From Lama guanicoe (taxonomy: Eukaryota): DNA of 64,000 nt. Location: NCBI GenBank assembly GCA_013239625.1, contig MU054466.1, positions 744,001-808,000 of the forward strand, given 5' to 3'. Positions within the stretch are counted from its first letter, which is position 1. Every line of letters starts with the position of its first letter. A program made the position numbers and the translations under genes. The notes under the pieces are model-generated. The model ran no database searches. It worked only from the letters and a program-made list of their open reading frames with translations, and had not been told where the DNA came from. Positions 60,401 through 64,000 of this stretch are shown here, one piece after another.

Positions 60401-62984
60401 CTCTCACACCGTCATCCGTCCCCAGATGGAGCTGAAGGCCCTGAAGGACCAGCTGGAGGTGGAGAAACAGATGTGGGAGGCCAACTCCGCCAAGAAGGAG
60501 GTGGGAGGCGGGTGTGGCTGGGCTGGGGGGTGGGGGCTTCCCTCCCTCCGTCCCTCCCTCCCCTCCCTCCCTCCCTCCCCTCCTGCCCAGCACCCCCAGC
60601 TACCCAGGCTGCTGTGGCTGCCTGGGTGCCTGTGGGTGGGCGGTGTGATTCTGACCCTGCTTGAATGTGCTGCCTCTGTCCTGCTAGAGGGAAGCAGGGG
60701 AGACGAGGGGGCTGGAGCAGGTTCCATGGGACAGTGGGGTATTTTCCTCATCCTCCCCTTGTCCAGGTAGCTGCTCTCAAAATTGACAGGCTACCCTGCA
60801 GCCAGTGTGAGGGGCACAGGTGGGGTCAGGCCTCTCCTTGTCCCCTCTGGCCTTCCGGGGGTGGACTGCGCTGGCAGGCTCTCCTGCTCTAATGGAAGAG
60901 GCCATGGCGGAGAGGACACGGTCCCATGCAAGGCATCAGCCTGGCGACGAAACCTGAGCGGTGGCCTAGCAGCCACCCTGTCCCCGCCCTAGCAGTGCAT
61001 GGAGGGTCACTGTATCTGTGGGGTCTGTTCGCAGACGTGAGCGTGTTAAACTTGATGGAAGTTTTAAAATTGCCTTCCCACCCTCGGCAGTCAGATGAGG
61101 TCCCTTTTATTGTGAGGGTCCGTCTGGCAGCAGACATTCCTCATCGTGTTGTCCCGGGTCTCTGGGTTGGGGAGAAGCACCAGGCTGTGCTGACAGCTCC
61201 TGCTTATGCCCCTGATGACGGCCCGGCCCCCACCCCTGCGGACAGGTGGGGCCTGGGGCAGGGGCAGGCCACTCCATCCCCCCTGTCGGGTGTCCTGGGA
61301 GCCCACGTGGCCCTCCTGGCCCTTGGCCTCCCTCAGCCTCCCTCCGCCACCCTCAGCCAGCCCACTGAGCCCCCTGCCTCCCCGCCAGGAAGCATGGTTG
61401 CTGAGCCGGGAGCGGGAGCTGAAGGAGGAGGTCCGGAGAGGCCGAGACGAGGAGATCGAGCGGGTCGTCCGCCGGCTGGAGGCCGACATGACGCTGGCCA
61501 GGGAGGAGAGTGAGCGGGCGGCCGAGAGCCGGTGAGGGCCCGCGTCCCGGGGGGGGGGGCGGGGAAGCCAGCTGTGCGCTGCCCCGACCCTGCCCCTCCT
61601 GCCGCCAGCGTCAAGCGCGTCAGGGACAAGTACGAGGCGGAGCTCTCGGAGCTGGAAAGATCGGAGCGGAAGCTCCAGGAACGGTGTGCGGAGCTGAAGG
61701 GGCGCCTCGGGGAGGCCGAGGGGGAGAACGTGCGTCTGCAGGGCCTGGTGCGGCAGAAGGAGAAGGAGCTGGCAGACATGAGGGCGGTGAGCAGGTGGGA
61801 TGGGCAGCCCGGCCCCCGGTTCCCCCACCGCCCGCGCCGCCCGCACCCTCCCATGACCCCACATCCCCCAGGTGAACGAGCAGCTGGCCGGCGAGCGCAG
61901 CAGCCTGGCCCAGGTCCTTCGCCAGGAGTTCGCTGACCGGCTGGCAGCCTCCGAGGAGGAGAACCGGCAGGTCAGGGCCGAGCTGGCTGAGCTGCGGGCC
62001 CGCCGGCGGCTGGAGCTAGAGCAGCTGACGAGGGAGAAGCAGGCGGAGCTGGAGGAGGTGCACGGGAGGTGTGCTGCAGGGCTGGCTGGGTCCTCGGGGA
62101 GCGCAGGGGCAGGGAGGCGGGCAGGACCCCGCGGCTCCAAAAAGGACGGTGGGCCGAGGAAGGTGAGCGGGCGGCGTGCCCATCTTGCTGCCTCCTTCCC
62201 GCTGGTGCAGAGCTGGGCCCTGCAGCCACGGCTGCTGCCGGCTCCGCTCCGTGTTTGAGGCTAGGTCATTCCCTCTGGGTGGTGCTTGGCTGCCGGCCCC
62301 AGGAAGAAGCCTGGCCGCCCCGAGTCAGGGCAAGTGCCCCCCGTGCGGGTGTTGGGAAAGGAGCCCCCTGGGCTGGTCAGAGCAGGTGCCATGCAGAAGG
62401 GAAGGAGGCCCTGTGAGGCCACAGTGAGCAGGTGTGCCCCTCCCCGGGGACCCCAGAGGCCTTCCTAGCCCCTGCCCACCTACCCTCTGTGGGCTCTGAG
62501 AGGCAGGCGTGCGGTGAGGGCTTCTTGTCCCCCTGTAAGCAGGGCCCCTTCCCAAGGGGCGTGGACTCACACGGGGCCTGCCACAAGGTCACACACAGGG
62601 CCTGTTGTCAGCTGCTCCAGGTGGCCCTGTGCCCTCAGTCAGCAGGGCTGGGACGGGGGTGGCAGGACAGTGGCCCCTCCTGCTCTTCGGGGGGTGGAGG
62701 ACCCCCACTTGGAGCTGCAGGCTGGCCTGGGGGTCCGGTGGGCGCCGCACAGAAGCCCACTATGCGCACCCCTGCAGGGTGAAGGTGGCCCTGGCAAAGA
62801 AGGAGGAGGCCGTGAACAGCCTCCGGAAGCAGCACGAGGTGGGTCCTCGCGGCTGGCGGCCTGGGGGCGGGCAGGGGAGCTCAGGCCTGACCCCGATGGC
62901 ACGTTGCAGGCCGCGATGAAGCGGGCCGACCACCTGGAGGAGCTGCTGGAGCAGCACGGGCGGCCATTTCCGAGCACCAAGTGA
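48305..62984 (+). CDS. CEP131: CEP131 (AZI1) centriolar satellite protein, 1090 aa: join(48305-48478,49088-49197,49610-49724,49997-50124,52145-52261,52754-52909,54017-54134,54488-54604,54772-54922,55464-55558,55987-56172,56522-56698,56775-56900,56981-57106,58129-58245,58683-58785,59365-59566,59863-59970,60047-60164,60426-60500,61389-61531,61609-61786,61872-62068,62778-62838,62910-62984)
   Basis: 25 GT-AG exons sum to 3273 nt with an open frame: MKGPRAIGS..., [11 protein letters not shown] motif ([11 protein letters not shown]), long E/Q/R/K coiled coils, ...[17 protein letters not shown]; matches recalled CEP131. Confidence 0.96.
49088..49197 (+). CDS. CEP131: CEP131 exon 3 (..[12 protein letters not shown]..)
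   Basis: ttttgcAG|...AG|GTagcc. Confidence 0.88.
49610..49724 (+). CDS. CEP131: CEP131 exon 4 ([14 protein letters not shown])
   Basis: cAG|...|GTgagg. Confidence 0.9.
49997..50124 (+). CDS. CEP131: CEP131 exon 5 ([13 protein letters not shown])
   Basis: cAG|...AG|GTgcgg. Confidence 0.88.
52145..52261 (+). CDS. CEP131: CEP131 exon 6 ([18 protein letters not shown]..)
   Basis: cAG|...|GTaagg. Confidence 0.92.
52754..52909 (+). CDS. CEP131: CEP131 exon 7 ([14 protein letters not shown])
   Basis: cAG|...AG|GTgacc. Confidence 0.9.
52970..53190 (+). mobile_element. Old L1 3'UTR end fragment
   Basis: gtgatggctgcctggggctgggg..gatggtcatacaactct..aaaatgggtgaatttt. Confidence 0.7.
54017..54134 (+). 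CDS. CEP131: CEP131 exon 8 (IQ motif)
   Basis: cAG|...|GTgggt. Confidence 0.9.
54135..54200 (+). repeat. (GTGTGG/GTGG)n G/T-rich tandem repeat
   Basis: gtgggtgtgggtgtgggtgtgtggg... starting at the exon 8 donor. Confidence 0.85.
54488..54604 (+). CDS. CEP131: CEP131 exon 9
   Basis: tgcAG|...CAG|GTgccc; [16 protein letters not shown]. Confidence 0.9.
54772..54922 (+). CDS. CEP131: CEP131 exon 10
   Basis: cAG|ELQQKRA...|GTgagt. Confidence 0.88.
55464..55558 (+). CDS. CEP131: CEP131 exon 11
   Basis: tgcAG|...CAG|GTctca (weak donor); required for phase. Confidence 0.78.
55987..56172 (+). CDS. CEP131: CEP131 exon 12 (..[19 protein letters not shown])
   Basis: tgcAG|...GAG|GTgacc. Confidence 0.9.
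56522..56698 (+). CDS. CEP131: CEP131 exon 13 (..[16 protein letters not shown]..)
   Basis: tgcAG|...CAG|GTgtgg. Confidence 0.9.
56775..56900 (+). CDS. CEP131: CEP131 exon 14
   Basis: cAG|...|GTaacg; [17 protein letters not shown]. Confidence 0.9.
56981..57106 (+). CDS. CEP131: CEP131 exon 15
   Basis: tgcAG|...CAG|GTggcg; [14 protein letters not shown]. Confidence 0.92.
58129..58245 (+). CDS. CEP131: CEP131 exon 16
   Basis: tAG|LIEDKK...|GTgagc. Confidence 0.92.
58683..58785 (+). CDS. CEP131: CEP131 exon 17
   Basis: cAG|[14 protein letters not shown]...|GTgagg. Confidence 0.92.
59365..59566 (+). CDS. CEP131: CEP131 exon 18
   Basis: cAG|[16 protein letters not shown]...|GTgggc. Confidence 0.92.
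59863..59970 (+). CDS. CEP131: CEP131 exon 19
   Basis: tgcAG|...AG|GTgccc. Confidence 0.9.
60047..60164 (+). CDS. CEP131: CEP131 exon 20
   Basis: tgcAG|...CGG|GTcggc (weak donor). Confidence 0.85.
60426..60500 (+). CDS. CEP131: CEP131 exon 21
   Basis: cAG|MELKALK...GAG|GTggga. Confidence 0.9.
60539..60582 (+). repeat. (CCCT)n simple repeat
   Basis: tccctccctccgtccctccctcccctccctccctccctcccc. Confidence 0.8.
61389..61531 (+). CDS. CEP131: CEP131 exon 22
   Basis: cAG|EAWLLSRE...|GTgagg. Confidence 0.92.
61609..61786 (+). CDS. CEP131: CEP131 exon 23
   Basis: cAG|[12 protein letters not shown]...|GTgagc. Confidence 0.92.
61872..62068 (+). CDS. CEP131: CEP131 exon 24
   Basis: cAG|VNEQLA...AG|GTgtgc. 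Confidence 0.92.
62778..62838 (+). CDS. CEP131: CEP131 exon 25
   Basis: tgcAG|...GAG|GTgggt; [12 protein letters not shown]. Confidence 0.92.
62910..62984 (+). CDS. CEP131: CEP131 terminal exon 26 coding part
   Basis: tgcAG|[22 protein letters not shown]. Confidence 0.92.
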   Translation, partial: AAMKRADHLEELLEQHGRPFPSTK

Positions 62985-63055
62985 CTGCCAGCGTGTGGAT
63001 AGTGGACATTCTGACAGCAGCAGGCTGAGGGCGCCCCATGGGGAGAGCGCCATAA

Positions 63056-63061
63056 CATAAA
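63056..63061 (+). terminator. Probable CEP131 poly(A) signal (variant CATAAA)
   Basis: ~70 nt after the stop, followed by GU/U-rich GTGGTGTTTTTTTGTACTTCGTGTG. Confidence 0.55.
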
Positions 63062-64000
63062 GTGGTGTTTTTTTGTACTTCGTGTGACCTGCCTCGTCTG
63101 TCTCTCCTGGGCTGGGGTCCAGAGTGGCGGGGGCAGAGGCCACTGGAGGGCCCCCCCACGGAGGGCCCAGGCATGGGGGCCCTGACCCGGCTCTGCTCTC
63201 AGCCTGCCCCCAATGTTCCCTGCCTGGCCCTGCAGCCCCTCAGCTTGGGCCCTGGTCCCCGAGCAGAGAGTGGCTCTCTGTTCTGTCCTGGACAAGCCCT
63301 GTGGCACTCAGGCCCCTGCTCGCCACACCCCACCCCTGTCCCCAGAGGAGCTCTGTGCTTCCTCCCCTACCCTTCCACGGCTGGAGAACGGGCCAGCCTC
63401 CCTGAGGCCTTCTCCTTCCTTCCCCTACTTGGGGCACCCCCTGGGGGTGTGACAGCCTGGAGCCCTCGAGGAATGAGCACTGGACAGGCCCTGCACACAA
63501 GGAGGGTGGAGGCCTAGGCGCGGGAGCAAGAGCCCAGCACAGGAGACACTTCTCTGGGGCCTTGTCTCCCCCACCCTCCTGCCGGGCGCTCCGTCACAGC
63601 TGCTGCCGCCACCCGCCAAGGGTGCTGGGACCAGGCTGCTGGGGAGAGCTGGTGCTGGCCAGGATGGCCCTCCTACTGGCATGGGTGTCACACGGCCGTG
63701 GGGCTGCACGGGGCTGCCCTGGTGGAGGTGGAGCCCCTTCCGAGCCCTCTAAAGGCCCCGGGGGCAGGGCTCTCTGGTGTGGGTCCCGGCTGCAGCCACT
63801 CTCAGTCCCAGCACAGGATGGCTGCTCCCCCCTTGTGCTGGAGCCTACCCTGCGCAGAGCCCAGGGCGAGCACCGGGTGCGGCAGGCAGCGAGGGGAGCG
63901 GGCTGCCCTGGCCTGACCCGTCCCGGGGCGGAGAGCCCGGCCTGGTCCCAGGCAGAGCGCGAGTGCTGTCCGCGGCCCCTCCATCGCTGCCAGGCGAGGA

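Noticed and set aside
63100-64000. Next syntenic gene or miRNA downstream of CEP131
   Set aside because: No recognisable exon or hairpin within the window.

Overview
Mammalian, very GC-rich, gene-dense genomic DNA. It is probably a camelid, judged from three tRNA-derived Vic-1-like SINEs, and it is syntenic with the human 17q25.3 block read in reverse. There are four spliced protein-coding genes, assembled by hand from splice signals and recalled orthologue sequences. SLC38A10 (+) has exons 3-16 here, with its 5' end outside the window and its stop at 26590. NDUFAF8 (-) has 3 exons and encodes a 74 aa twin CX9C protein. TEPSIN/ENTHD2 (+) has 13 coding exons, ~595 aa, lies head-to-head with NDUFAF8, and has a 30-N gap in exon 10. 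CEP131/AZI1 (+) has 25 coding exons and 1090 aa. Most listed six-frame ORFs are GC-rich noise. The most striking observation is a ~285-bp antisense L1 3' fragment inserted exactly on the acceptor of the last TEPSIN exon. Its 17-bp target-site duplication leaves two competing acceptors: the old one now runs into a stop after 11 codons and loses both AP-4-binding motifs, while an L1-supported new one restores full-length tepsin. Also notable: a U12-type intron in TEPSIN; a 24-nt frame-preserving microexon and a probable GC-AG intron in SLC38A10; an overlapping uORF on NDUFAF8; a GC-converted patch of an old L1; and an array of donor-like CAGGTG motifs after CEP131 exon 1. No RNA genes or CRISPR arrays could be supported.
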